Shown here in pieces: positions 35,099 through 44,297 of a DNA stretch of 64,000 bases. Under the pieces are notes generated by a model, which ran no database searches, was not told the origin of the DNA, and saw nothing but the letters and a program-made list of their open reading frames with translations. This DNA is from an uncultured Solirubrobacterales bacterium (GTDB lineage Bacteria; Actinomycetota; Thermoleophilia; Solirubrobacterales; Solirubrobacteraceae), in contig CAVTCI010000018.1 of assembly GCA_963733245.1 (NCBI GenBank), positions 19,512-83,511 of the forward strand, read 5' to 3'. The stretch's first letter is position 1; each line of letters starts with the position of its first letter. The position numbers and the translations under genes were made by a program.

Positions 35099-36610
35099 AT
35101 GCCCTCCCCGAGAACGAGGCGGGAGTTCCTTGGCCGAGCCGGGGCCGCCTCGCTGCTCGCGCTCACCTTGGCCGACCGGACCGGGCTCCTGGCCGACGCC
35201 GCCGGGCCGCCGACCACGCAAGCGCTCGCCGGCCGGCTGCGCGGCGAGCTCGTCCTCCCCGGAGAGGCCGGCTACCCCGCGGCCAAGGCGCTCTACAACC
35301 CGCGCCTCGACATCGCGCCCCGGGCGATCGCCTTCTGCCGGACCCCGGGCGACGTGGCCCAGGTGCTCGCGTTCGCCCGGGCCCGCGGCTGGCCGATCGC
35401 GGCCCGCAGCGGCCGCCACTCGTTCGCCGGGTACTCCAACACCCGGGGCATCGTGGCCGACGTCTCGCCGATCCGCCACGTCCTCTACGACCCGGCCTCC
35501 CGATTGGTCCGGATCGGCGCCGGGGCCAACCTTCGCGACGTCTACGAGGGCCTCGTGCTCCGCCACGGCGTCGCCCTCCCGACCGGCACCTGCCCGACGG
35601 TCGGCGTCGCCGGGCTCGCCCTCGGCGGCGGATTCGGCCACCTGATGCGCCACGCCGGGCTCCTGTCCGACAGGCTCGCCGCGGTCGATCTCGTCCTCGC
35701 CGACGGCCGCCGGGTCCGGGCGAGCGCCCGCTCGGCTCCCGACCTGTTCTGGGCCTGCCGGGGCGGCGGGGGCGGCAACTTCGGCGTGGCCACCGAGTTC
35801 ACCTTCCGGACCCTGGCGGCCGCCCCGCTGACCACCTTCTCGCTCGGCTTCGCCTGGGCCGGGGCCGGGGCCGCGCTCGACGTCTGGCAGCGGACGATCC
35901 CGCCGGCGACCGACCGCCTGGCCGACTCGCGCTTCCGGGCGCTCAAGTCGCTGGGCGCCGGGGGGACGAGCCGGCTGACCGCGACGGTGAGCGGGCAGTT
36001 CTTCGGCGGGGAGGCCGAGCTCCGCGGCATCCTCGCCCCGCTCCTCGCCCTCGGCCCGGAGCGAACGACGATCCACACCGTCCCCTACGCGACGGCGGCG
36101 CTCCCCGACGCCTGCACGCCGACGGCGTCCGGGACGCTGAGCTGCGCGGTCGTCCACGAGCCGAACTACCAGCGGTCCGACTTCGTCCGCGACCCCCTCC
36201 CCCGGCCGGCGATCGCCACGCTGCTCGCCGAAGTCGAGCGCTGGCCCGGCGGCCCGACCGCCCGGGAGGGGGGCGTCCAGCTCGAGGCCCTCGGCGACTG
36301 CGCGGTCAACCGGGTGGCGGCCGCGGCCACGGCGTTCGTCCACCGGGACTCCCTCCTCCACATCGTCTACCTGAACTTCTGGGGCGCCGCCGACGCCCCG
36401 GGGCCGTTCGTCGCCTGGGCGCGGGAGGTCTACGCGGCGATGCGGCCGTTCGTGTCCGGCTACGCCTACCAGAACTACATCGACAGCGGCCTCGGCAACT
36501 GGCAGCACGCCTACTACGGGACGAATTACCCGCGCCTCCAGCGGGTCAAGGCGCGGTACGACCCGCACGGGGTCTTCCGCTTCGCCCAGGGGATCGCCCG
36601 CGCCAAGTAG
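35099..36610 (+). CDS. Tat-exported FAD-linked oxidase with BBE domain (AA7/oligosaccharide-oxidase-like)
   Basis: Twin-arginine signal SPRTRREFLGRAGAASLL. FAD_binding_4 core (ARSGRHSFAGYS, PTGTCPTVGVAGLALGGGFG, LFWACRGGGGGNFGV). C-terminal BBE motif YQNYID...YYGTNYPRLQRVKARYDPHGVFRF. Confidence 0.85.
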   Translation: MPSPRTRREFLGRAGAASLLALTLADRTGLLADAAGPPTTQALAGRLRGELVLPGEAGYPAAKALYNPRLDIAPRAIAFCRTPGDVAQVLAFARARGWPIAARSGRHSFAGYSNTRGIVADVSPIRHVLYDPASRLVRIGAGANLRDVYEGLVLRHGVALPTGTCPTVGVAGLALGGGFGHLMRHAGLLSDRLAAVDLVLADGRRVRASARSAPDLFWACRGGGGGNFGVATEFTFRTLAAAPLTTFSLGFAWAGAGAALDVWQRTIPPATDRLADSRFRALKSLGAGGTSRLTATVSGQFFGGEAELRGILAPLLALGPERTTIHTVPYATAALPDACTPTASGTLSCAVVHEPNYQRSDFVRDPLPRPAIATLLAEVERWPGGPTAREGGVQLEALGDCAVNRVAAAATAFVHRDSLLHIVYLNFWGAADAPGPFVAWAREVYAAMRPFVSGYAYQNYIDSGLGNWQHAYYGTNYPRLQRVKARYDPHGVFRFAQGIARAK

Positions 36611-36715
36611 GCCGGTCGGGCGAATTCGTGCCTGCCCGGTCGGGGAAATCGTTTAGATTCGCGCCTGAGCCCGGTCGACCGCCGGCTGATCGCCCCCACG
36701 CGAAGAGGAGAATCG

Positions 36716-37204
36716 ATGAGCAAGAAGAACGAGACGCGCCGCCGCGCCCTGGGACGCCTGATCCCCCGCCTGATCGTCGGCGGGTACTTCATCGGCCATG
36801 GCGTCCAGAAGCAGTTCGGCATCCTCGGGGGCTACGGCCTCGAGGCGACGGGCGCGCACTTCGAGACGCTCGGGCTGAAGCCGGGCAAGCTGAACGCCCA
36901 GCTCGCGGCCGGCGGGGAGCTGGGCGGGGGTAGCCTGCTCCTGCTCGGCCTCTTCCCGACGCTGGCCGGGATCCCGCTGATCGCGACGATGATCGTCGCC
37001 GCCCGCCTCGTCCACCTCGAGCACGGCCCCTGGGCCACCGAGGGCGGCGTCGAGTACACCCTCGTGCTGATCGCCGCAACGATGGCCATCATCGATGCCA
37101 ACGGGGGCGGCAAGGGCTCGACCAAGGCGCTGGCGGCGCTCCTCGGCGGGGCGATCGGCTCGACGGCCGTGATCGAGGCCGGCAAGCGCGAGCTCTTCGC
37201 CTGA
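36716..37204 (+). CDS. DoxX-family membrane protein
   Basis: 162-aa ORF preceded by GAGGAGA. LIVGGYFIGHGVQKQFG... and four TM helices. Confidence 0.8.
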   Translation: MSKKNETRRRALGRLIPRLIVGGYFIGHGVQKQFGILGGYGLEATGAHFETLGLKPGKLNAQLAAGGELGGGSLLLLGLFPTLAGIPLIATMIVAARLVHLEHGPWATEGGVEYTLVLIAATMAIIDANGGGKGSTKALAALLGGAIGSTAVIEAGKRELFA

Positions 37205-37349
37205 GCTTCGGTCGACCGGTGGGGGGCGGGGGGGCGCCCCCCGGCCCGGCGGGGGACCGCGGGCCTCCGGGTGAGCGTACGCTGAGGGCCAGCGCTCGCC
37301 CGGGTGCCCGCGGCGGCAGCCGGCGCAAACGACCGGGAGGACGAAGACG

Positions 37350-37805
37350 ATGACCCTGGCACATCGCACGACGGCCGCACTCCTCGCCGGCACGCTGGTG
37401 CTCGGGGCGAGTGCCTGCGGAGGGGGCGGCTCGAAGAAGAAGTCCGCCACCACCACGACGGCCACGACCGGCACGTCGACTACGCCGGCGACCACCAAGA
37501 GCGGCAAGAAGAAGGCGACACCCCTCTCGCAGACGCCGGCCACGACGCTGAAGTTCAGCGGCAACGGCCCCAAGGACATCGGCGTGCCGCCGCTGCGGAT
37601 CCCGGTGAACTCCACCCTCAAGTGGACGAACGACGCCCCGCCGGCGGTCCGGCTGTTCCAGGTCATCCCGGCCAGCCCGAAGGTTCTCTCGCCGGTCAAC
37701 TCGCGGGCGGCGAGCGGGCAGGCGCCGATCCGCAAGGGGGCCTACCACGGGTTCCTGGTCAACGCCGACGGCAAGTGGACGTTGACCATCGTGCCCGGAG
37801 GCTGA
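37350..37805 (+). CDS. hypothetical lipoprotein
   Basis: LLAGTLVLGASACGGGG lipobox, a Thr/Lys-rich linker and a ~90-aa beta-rich domain. Preceded by GGGAGGA. Confidence 0.6.
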   Translation: MTLAHRTTAALLAGTLVLGASACGGGGSKKKSATTTTATTGTSTTPATTKSGKKKATPLSQTPATTLKFSGNGPKDIGVPPLRIPVNSTLKWTNDAPPAVRLFQVIPASPKVLSPVNSRAASGQAPIRKGAYHGFLVNADGKWTLTIVPGG

Positions 37806-37940
37806 GCGGCGCCCGGAGGCTGTTGCGAGGCGCCCGCCCGGAGGCTGAGAGGGCGCCCGGAGGGCTGCTGAGAGGCCCCCGCCCGCCCGGAGGCTGAGAG
37901 GGCGGCCGGGGGGCTGCTGGGAGGCGCTCGGAGGCTGAGC
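37794..37940. repeat. degenerate tandem copies of the lipoprotein gene 3' end (cccggaggctga) with a 48-49-nt higher-order unit
   Basis: cccggaggctg recurs at 37794, 37812, 37837 and 37886, with degenerate copies at 37856, 37906 and 37929. Units 37832-37880 and 37881-37928 are near-identical (gcccgcccggaggctgagagggcg...). Confidence 0.8.
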
Positions 37941-37968
37941 GGCGGAGGGGGCGGGGCCGGCGCCCGGC

Positions 37969-38817
37969 TCAGACGGCGGCGGTGCGGGCGCGGCGCATCG
38001 CGACGAACAGGGCACCGAGGCCGAAGACGGTGGCCACGAGCGAGATCAGGGCCCCGAGGAAGGGGATCAGGGCGAGGACCCGGAGGATCAGCAGCCCGAC
38101 GATGAACGCGCCGATCCGCCCGCCCGCCTTACGTACCCGCCGGCCGACGAGCATGGCGCCGGTGAGGTAGGAGATCGCGTAGAGCGGGCCGAGAACGAGG
38201 AGCAGGCCGATCCCGAGCGGGGTTCCGACCACGGTGACGAGGAGGACGACGCCGAGGATGGGGAGGACGATCAGGAGCACGATGCCCGAGATGACCGTCC
38301 GCCCGGTGCCCGCCCGGGCGGCCCGGACAGCGGCGTCGGCGGCGGCGGGAGCGAGCACGAGCAGGAGCAGGCCGCCGATCAGGAGGGAGAGCGTGACGAC
38401 CAACCAGAAGCCGAGCGCGACGGCGATGCCCGGCGTGCCGATCGAGCCGGCCCCGAGCTTCTGCACCTTGCCGGTGACGACCGCCCCCGGGGCGACCACC
38501 GGACGGTCCTGCCCCCACTTGAGATCCCCACCGATGTGAGCCCGGCGGCCGAGGGTGGCGCGCTTGGCGATGGTGACGACGTCGCCGGTCACCGTCCCGC
38601 GGATCGTCACATCCCCGTTGACGTCGATGAGGTCGCCGTGGACGGTGCCCCGAACCGTCACCTTGCCGTCGACGACGAAGATGTCGCCGACCGTCTGCCC
38701 CTTGGCGACGAGGATGTCGCCCTTGACGACGATCTGGTTCGGCGGGTTGTCGGCGGCGAGGGCCGTGGCCGGAGCGAAGGCGAGCAACACCAGGAGTCCG
38801 AGAAGAAGGCGTCGCAT
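37969..38817 (-). CDS. signal-peptide protein with bactofilin-like (polymer-forming) repeat domain and polytopic C-terminal membrane domain
   Basis: MRRLLLGLLVLLAFAPATALA. Repeats GDIFVVDGKVTVRGTVHGDLIDVNGDVTIRGTVTGDVV, followed by ~5 TM helices. Confidence 0.65.
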   Translation of the reverse strand: MRRLLLGLLVLLAFAPATALAADNPPNQIVVKGDILVAKGQTVGDIFVVDGKVTVRGTVHGDLIDVNGDVTIRGTVTGDVVTIAKRATLGRRAHIGGDLKWGQDRPVVAPGAVVTGKVQKLGAGSIGTPGIAVALGFWLVVTLSLLIGGLLLLVLAPAAADAAVRAARAGTGRTVISGIVLLIVLPILGVVLLVTVVGTPLGIGLLLVLGPLYAISYLTGAMLVGRRVRKAGGRIGAFIVGLLILRVLALIPFLGALISLVATVFGLGALFVAMRRARTAAV

Positions 38818-38903
38818 CAGCCCGGCGAGCCTAACACGCTCACGGCGCCAGTGAGGAAATATCGCGCGGTGTGGGCCGATCCGCCCCCGGGTAGGAGCGA
38901 TCG

Positions 38904-41900
38904 GTGATGCTCCCGCTCTTTCGCCAGCTGACCGTCGACCGGCTCGGACGGGGTGCCGCCGTCCGCTCGGAGCGCACCGACGCCATCGTCCCCCGGACGT
39001 CCACGGCCGACCGCGTCGTCCGGTCGGTGTGCCCCTACTGCGCCGTCGGCTGCGGGCAGTCGATCTACGTCAAGGACGAGCAGGTCGTTCACATCGAGGG
39101 CGATCCGGACTCGCCGATCTCCCGCGGGCGCCTCTGCCCTCGGGGTTCGTCCTCGCTCGCCCTGGTCAACTCACCGTCCCGCGAGACGCGGGTCCGCTAC
39201 CGCCGGCCCCACGCGGCCGACTGGGAGGATCTCGAGCTCGACCAGGCGATGGACATGATCGCCGACCGGGTGATCGAGACCCGGCGGCGCACGTGGGAGG
39301 ATCGCGACGCCGGCGGAGCCCGCCTCGCCCGCACCCGCGGCTTCGCCCACCTCGGGGGGGCGACGCTCGACAACGAGGAGAACTACCTGATCAAGAAGTG
39401 CTTCTCGGCCCTCGGCGCCGTGGCGATCGAGAACCAGGCGCGGATATGACACTCGTCCACCGTCCCCGGTCTGGGGACGTCCTTCGGGCGCGGCGGGGCG
39501 ACCAACTACCTCCAGGACCTCCAGAACGCCGACTGCATCCTGATCGAGGGGTCGAACATGGCCGAGTGCCATCCGGTCGGCTTCCAGTGGGTGGTCGAGG
39601 CCAAGGCCCGGGGGGCGAAGGTGATCCACGTCGATCCGCGCTTCAGCCGGACGAGCGCCCTGGCCGACCTCCACGTCCCCCTGCGCACCGGGACCGACAT
39701 CGCCTGGCTCGGCGGGTTGATCAACCACGTCCTGAGCGGGGGCCGGGAGTTTCGCGAGTACGTCCTCCGCTACACCAACGCCGCGACGATCGTCTCCGAG
39801 GAGTTCGTCGACACCGCCGACCTCGACGGCCTCTTCTCGGGCTTCGACCCGGCCGCCGGCAAGTACGACGTCGCGAGCTGGCGCTACGCCGGCATGGAGC
39901 CGCCGGCGGCGGCCGGCGAGGCGAACGATGATCCGTCGGCCGAGCAGGCCCACGGCGCCCACGGCGCCGCGCTCAAGGGGGGCGAGCCGCCGGACAAGGA
40001 TGAGACCCTGACGCACCCGCGGTGCGTCCTTCAGGTGCTGAAGCGCCATTTCAGCCGCTACACGCCGGAGATGGTGGAGCGCGTCTGCGGCGTTCCCCGG
40101 GCGACCTTCCTCGAAGTCGCCGAGGCCATCTGCGCCAACTCGGGGCGCGAGCGGACCACGGCCTTCGTGTACTCGGTCGGCTGGACCCAGCGGACGACCG
40201 GCGTCCAGTACATCCGGGCCGCCTCGATCCTCCAGCTCCTGCTCGGCAACATCGGACGGCCGGGCGGGGGCATTCTCGCCCTCCGCGGGCACGCGTCGAT
40301 CCAGGGCTCGACCGACATCCCCACCCTCTACAACATCCTTCCCGGCTACCTCCCGATGCCCAAGGCCGATCCCGAGCTGACGCTCGAGCGCTACATCGAG
40401 GCGTCGACCGCCCCCGGGGGGTTCTGGGGGCACGCTCGGGAGTACATCGTCTCGCTGTTGAAGGCATGGTGGGGCGATGCGGCCACCGCGGCGAACGACT
40501 ACTGCTTCGATCACCTGCCGCGGATAGACGGCGACCACTCCATCTATCCGACGATCCTCGACATGCGGGACGGCAAGGTCGAGGGTTTCTTCGTGATGGG
40601 CGAGAACCCGGCGGTCGGCTCGGCCAACGCCAAGCTCCACCGCCTGGCCATGGCCAACCTCGACTGGCTGGTCGTCCGCGACTTCCAGATGATCGAGTCG
40701 GCGACCTTCTGGAAGGACGGCCCCGAGGTCGAGACCGGCGAGCTCACCCCGGAGGCCGTAGGTGCGGAGATCTTCTTCCTCCCGGCGGCCGCCCACACCG
40801 AGAAGGACGGCTCCTTCACCAACACCCAGCGGCTCCTCCAATGGCACAACAAGGCGATCGCGCCACCCGGGGACTGCCGCTCGGAGCTCTGGTTCATGTT
40901 CCATCTCGGGCGGCGGATACGGGCCAAGCTCGCTGGGTCCACCGACCCGCGCGACCGGGCGATCCTCGAGCTGACCTGGGACTACCCGGTCCACGGCCCG
41001 ACCGCCGAGCCCGACGCCGAGGCGGTGCTCCGGGAGATCTCCGGCCTCGACGCCGGCGGCCGCGCCCTGTCCGGGTACACCGAGCTCGAGGGCGACGGCT
41101 CGACCGCCTGCGGCTGCTGGATCTACTCGGGGGTCTACGCCGGCGGGGTGAACCAGGCCAACCGGCGCCGGCCCGGACCCGAGCAGGACATGGTCGCGGC
41201 CGAATGGGGCTGGGCCTGGCCGGCCAACCGGCGGATCCTCTACAACCGGGCCTCGGCCGACCCGGACGGTCGCCCCTGGTCGGAGCGCAAGGCCCACGTC
41301 TGGTGGGACGCCGAGGCCGGCCGGTGGACAGGGCGGGACGTCCCCGACTTCGTCGCCGACATGGCTCCGTCCTACCGACCGCCGGAGGGCGCCACGGCCG
41401 AGCGGGCGCTCCGCGGGGACGAGCCGTTCGTGATGCAGGCCGACGGCCGCGGCTGGCTGTTCGCACCGACCGGGCTGACCGACGGACCCCTCCCCACCCA
41501 CTACGAGCCGAAGGAGTCACCCTTCGGCAATGCCTTCCACGGCCAGCGGGCGAACCCGACCCTCGAGGGGTTCCCCCGGCCCGACAACCCGTACCACCCG
41601 GTCGGCGGCGACGTCTTCCCCTACGCGATGTCGACCTACCGGATCGCCGAGCACCACACCGCCGGGGGGATGTCGCGGACGCTGCCCCACCTGGCCGAGC
41701 TCGCCCCCGACATGTTCGTCGAGGTCTCCCCGGCCCTGGCGGCCGAGCGTGGCCTCGACCACAACGGGTGGGCGACGATCATCACCGCCCGGGCGGCGAT
41801 CGAGGCCCGGGTCATGGTCACCGCGCGGATTCCCGACCTCGACGTCGGCGGTCGCCGGATCCATCAGGTCGGCCTGCCCTACCACTGGGGCTGGGGCGGC

Positions 41901-42071
41901 CTGGCCACCGGCGACGCGGCGAACGACCTCCTGCCCCTCGCGCTCGACTCGAACGTGCACATCTCCGAGTTCAAATCGGCCACCTGCGACGTCCGCCCCG
42001 GCCGGCGCCCCCGGGGACCCGGCCTCCTCGCGCTCGTCGAGGAGTACCGGGCCCGCGCCCGTCAGACCTAG
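38904..42071 (+). CDS. formate dehydrogenase alpha subunit (molybdopterin oxidoreductase), selenocysteine-containing
   Basis: ORFs 38904..39449 and 39558..42071 are in the same frame. They are joined across TGA 39447-49 by ...AVAIENQARI-U-HSSTVPGLGTSFGRGGATNYLQDLQNADCILIEGSNMAECHPVGFQW, which parallels E. coli FdnG ...IDNQARVUHGPTV...GRGAMTNHW (from memory). N-terminal 4Fe-4S motif CPYCAVGCG...C. Confidence 0.9.
39447..39479 (+). other. UGA(Sec) codon plus SECIS-like hairpin
   Basis: tga cactcgtccac CGTCCCC ggtct GGGGACG. This is a perfect 7-bp stem starting 11 nt after the UGA, with an apical loop containing GGUC as in E. coli fdhF SECIS (from memory). Confidence 0.7.
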
Positions 42072-42265
42072 CCTCCCGGCCACCCCCGGTGCCGGTCCAC
42101 GCGGGGGCTCACCGGCGGGCACCGCCGACGACGGAGCAAGGTGCCGCGACGACCGGAGCGCGCCGGCGGAACTCCGTGAGCAGGTGGCCTTGGTCCCTCG
42201 GGCAGATGCGCCCGGCTGGCCGGAGCACGCCCCCGGCCAGGCCACCCGTGCGGCGCCTGACGGCC

Positions 42266-42394
42266 GGGGTCGGCTCGGCTGGCGAACCAGCCGGAGGCAG
42301 GGAGCGGCTGCTCCCACTCGTCCGGGTACGCCTCGGCGTCGGAGCGAAGATGACCTTGGGTCCACGGCGCCGTAATCGCGGCCTTGACGTCGTT
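42266..42394 (-). pseudogene. decayed duplicate of the peroxiredoxin 3' end
   Basis: Translation NDVKAAITAPWTQGHLRSDAEAYPDEWEQPLPASGWF compares with the intact Prx NNKVATPAQWTPGDKVIILGSVSDEEAKETYPDGWEQPLPYIRLV. Shared nucleotide blocks: gaaccagccgga, gggagcggctgctcccac, cgtccgggta. Confidence 0.6.
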
Positions 42395-42419
42395 CGTCCT
42401 CAGAGGGCCCGAAAGACGC

Positions 42420-43463
42420 TCAGAAGATCGCGTAGGTTCGGGTGATCCGCCCGAGCGCCCGCCCGAACAGCAGCGCATCCAGTCCCGCCTGGAAGTCGAT
42501 CCCGATGTTCCGGATCGTCTCGAACAGCTCCGACTCATCGCGAGTGTCGAACGACACCGCTTGCAATGCCTCGCGCACTCCACGGTCGCCGATCAGCTCG
42601 AGCCACCGGTCGTAGGCAGCCAGGGCCCGCGCCCCGGCCTCCTCGACTCCGGCGTAGAGGAACGCCGCCGCGAGTCGATCGCTCGGCGCCGCTTCGAACC
42701 ACCGCGTCAGGAAGCCGGACATCTCGACGTCGTCCTTCAAATGGCAGAGCAGCACGGTGACGAGTCCGCCCGCGAACAGCAGCTTCCGCGAGGTGCGGAG
42801 CTTGGCGTTCCGGGTCGCCCACTTCGGATCGTCCCCGCTCCGCGCCCCTTTGCCTTCGAAATCGACGCAGATCGTGCGCCAGTAACGGACGAGGTCGTTG
42901 AGAAGGAACCGCGGCGGTCGGTACGGCTTGACGGCCTTGATGTACCGCGAGAGGACTTCCGCGATCGCTTGACGGCGGACGTCGCCATGCAGCTCTCGCG
43001 ACTCAAGCAAGAGCAGCATCCGCCGCGTCAGGTTCGTGTTGGTGTCGGCGTCGAGGCCGATGTTCTTGACGAGCTCGGTGACATCGAACGCCACGCCGAA
43101 GACATCTTGGGCTCCGGGATGCTGGTCGCCGACCCCCAGCTCGGACGCGGCTGCCGATACCTCGGAGCGAACGTCGGGATCGTCCGTGGCGAACGGGTAG
43201 TCGACGAGAATCGCCCAGTCGTCGTCGCTGCCGTCGGTCAGCTCACCGCGAGCCCACGAGCCGAAGACGCATGTCGAGACACCCGGTCGCGCCGGCCGTA
43301 GATCGAGCGCGGTTCGTGTCTGAGTCGCTCGGCTGTCGGTCCGCACCCGTGCTCCCCGTAGCGCTTCGAAGTCAGCCCCGGTGCGCTCAGCCAGGCGGCT
43401 CAGGGCACCCGAGGGATCGTCTAGGAGGGCGGTGCTTCCAAGATCCATGGAACGTCCGAGCAC
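42420..43463 (-). CDS. nucleotidyltransferase-domain protein (GlnD/DUF294-like Pol-beta fold) with helical C-terminal domain
   Basis: STCVFGSWARGELTDGSDDDWAILVD is a G-S-x-A-R-G-E-x5-S-D-x-D NTase motif. It is followed by NLTRRMLLLLESRELHGD and a helical C-terminus. Start is GTG 43463 or ATG 43448. Confidence 0.7.
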   Translation of the reverse strand: MLGRSMDLGSTALLDDPSGALSRLAERTGADFEALRGARVRTDSRATQTRTALDLRPARPGVSTCVFGSWARGELTDGSDDDWAILVDYPFATDDPDVRSEVSAAASELGVGDQHPGAQDVFGVAFDVTELVKNIGLDADTNTNLTRRMLLLLESRELHGDVRRQAIAEVLSRYIKAVKPYRPPRFLLNDLVRYWRTICVDFEGKGARSGDDPKWATRNAKLRTSRKLLFAGGLVTVLLCHLKDDVEMSGFLTRWFEAAPSDRLAAAFLYAGVEEAGARALAAYDRWLELIGDRGVREALQAVSFDTRDESELFETIRNIGIDFQAGLDALLFGRALGRITRTYAIF

Positions 43464-44074
43464 CGCGCGAGCAGGCCAGCGAAGAGTGCTTCGTCGTCGA
43501 TCGTCAACGGCACGTGGCTGCCCGCCGCATCGAGCGAGCTCAGGTGGACGTGGCTCAGCCGGGTCGCGAACGTCGTGAGGAGCTCCTCGGCCACGCCCAT
43601 GGTCGGGTCGACAGCCTTCGCATGGGCAAGGTCAAGGCATAGCCTGGCCTGCGGCAGCACCTGAAACCGCGGCGCCAGCTGCTTGGCCGTCTGCCCATCA
43701 TCCCTCCGAGAATCCATATTCTCGATGACGAGCCGTCGTCCCAGGGGGGCGTATGCCGCCGGATCCCGCATCGTGTCTGGATGCAGGACGATCGCAGTGA
43801 CCCAAGCCGGAAGGCGCCCAAGACGGGCGACCAACTCGTGATCGGACATCCGCCGGTCCTTAGACGGGCCGTGGACGCTGACGAAGTGGAATGGCAATCG
43901 CGGCGCTCCGGCAACGTAGTCGAGTAGTCCCGGAAGCTCCGGCTCTGACAGCGCGGAGAGTTCGACCGCCGAACTCGACGTCTCGGCCGCGCGTTCGACG
44001 AGGGCGATCCAATCACCGCGGTCATCTACCATGAAGCCCGTCGAGCAGCCCACGACGTTGTGTGCCGCCAGCAC
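43421..44074 (-). CDS. small xylose-isomerase-like / AP-endonuclease-2-family TIM-barrel protein
   Basis: VVGCSTGF...AVELS...FVSVHGP...LVIENM...LCLDLAHA...HVHLSS...ILEAP follows the conserved E/H/E/D-H/H/E strand-end pattern of this fold. The start is uncertain (GTG 44074, 44053, 44104/44107 or TTG 44161). The 3' end overlaps the NTase start by 28-43 nt. Confidence 0.6.
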   Translation of the reverse strand: MLAAHNVVGCSTGFMVDDRGDWIALVERAAETSSSAVELSALSEPELPGLLDYVAGAPRLPFHFVSVHGPSKDRRMSDHELVARLGRLPAWVTAIVLHPDTMRDPAAYAPLGRRLVIENMDSRRDDGQTAKQLAPRFQVLPQARLCLDLAHAKAVDPTMGVAEELLTTFATRLSHVHLSSLDAAGSHVPLTIDDEALFAGLLARCSDVPWILEAPPS

Positions 44075-44268
44075 GAACGAATTCGAATGAAGAAACGACG
44101 GCACCACGCGCGGCCTTAAGCTATCGATCGGGTGCAGGGGTGCCCGCGGTCGGCCCCGCAATGTGCGGCCGATCGACGCCCCCGAGCGATGTCGGACCGT
44201 GGTGTTGAGACGAACATACGTTCGCCAACCATAGCGGCGCCCGCGGACGGCCCGGCTCGCCGCGATCC

Positions 44269-44297
44269 GAGGCCGGCGCTCCGCGAGCGCCGGCCTC
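44269..44297 (-). terminator. hairpin immediately downstream of the peroxiredoxin gene
   Basis: gaggccggcgct ccgcg agcgccggcctc: a perfect 12-bp stem with a 5-nt loop, 16 nt past the prx stop. No U-tract. Confidence 0.55.

Noticed and set aside
35098-35100. A longer alpha-glucosidase start at ATG 35100 (MTARLPPGGRLAPPMWWQ...).
   Set aside because: It would overlap the divergent oxidase start codon (CATG at 35098-35101). GH13 homologues typically begin just before the WW/YQIYPRSF motif, so ATG 35058 is preferred. This remains uncertain.
37228-37242. A G7-C-G-C6 palindrome after the DoxX gene as an intrinsic terminator.
   Set aside because: The stem would have essentially no loop and there is no U-tract. 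It could equally be a chance homopolymer pair in this composition.
39447-39449. An in-frame TGA splits the formate dehydrogenase into two ORFs, which could mean a pseudogene or two genes.
   Set aside because: The TGA aligns with the conserved Sec position (NQAR[IV]-U-H) and is followed by a SECIS-like hairpin. The flanking sequence is continuous and in frame. It is interpreted as a Sec codon, pending confirmation of sel genes elsewhere in the genome.
39171-42445. Long ORFs 39171..41501 (-) and 40022..42445 (+) within the fdh region.
   Set aside because: They are antisense or off-frame to the formate dehydrogenase gene, with low-complexity Arg/Gly/Pro translations.
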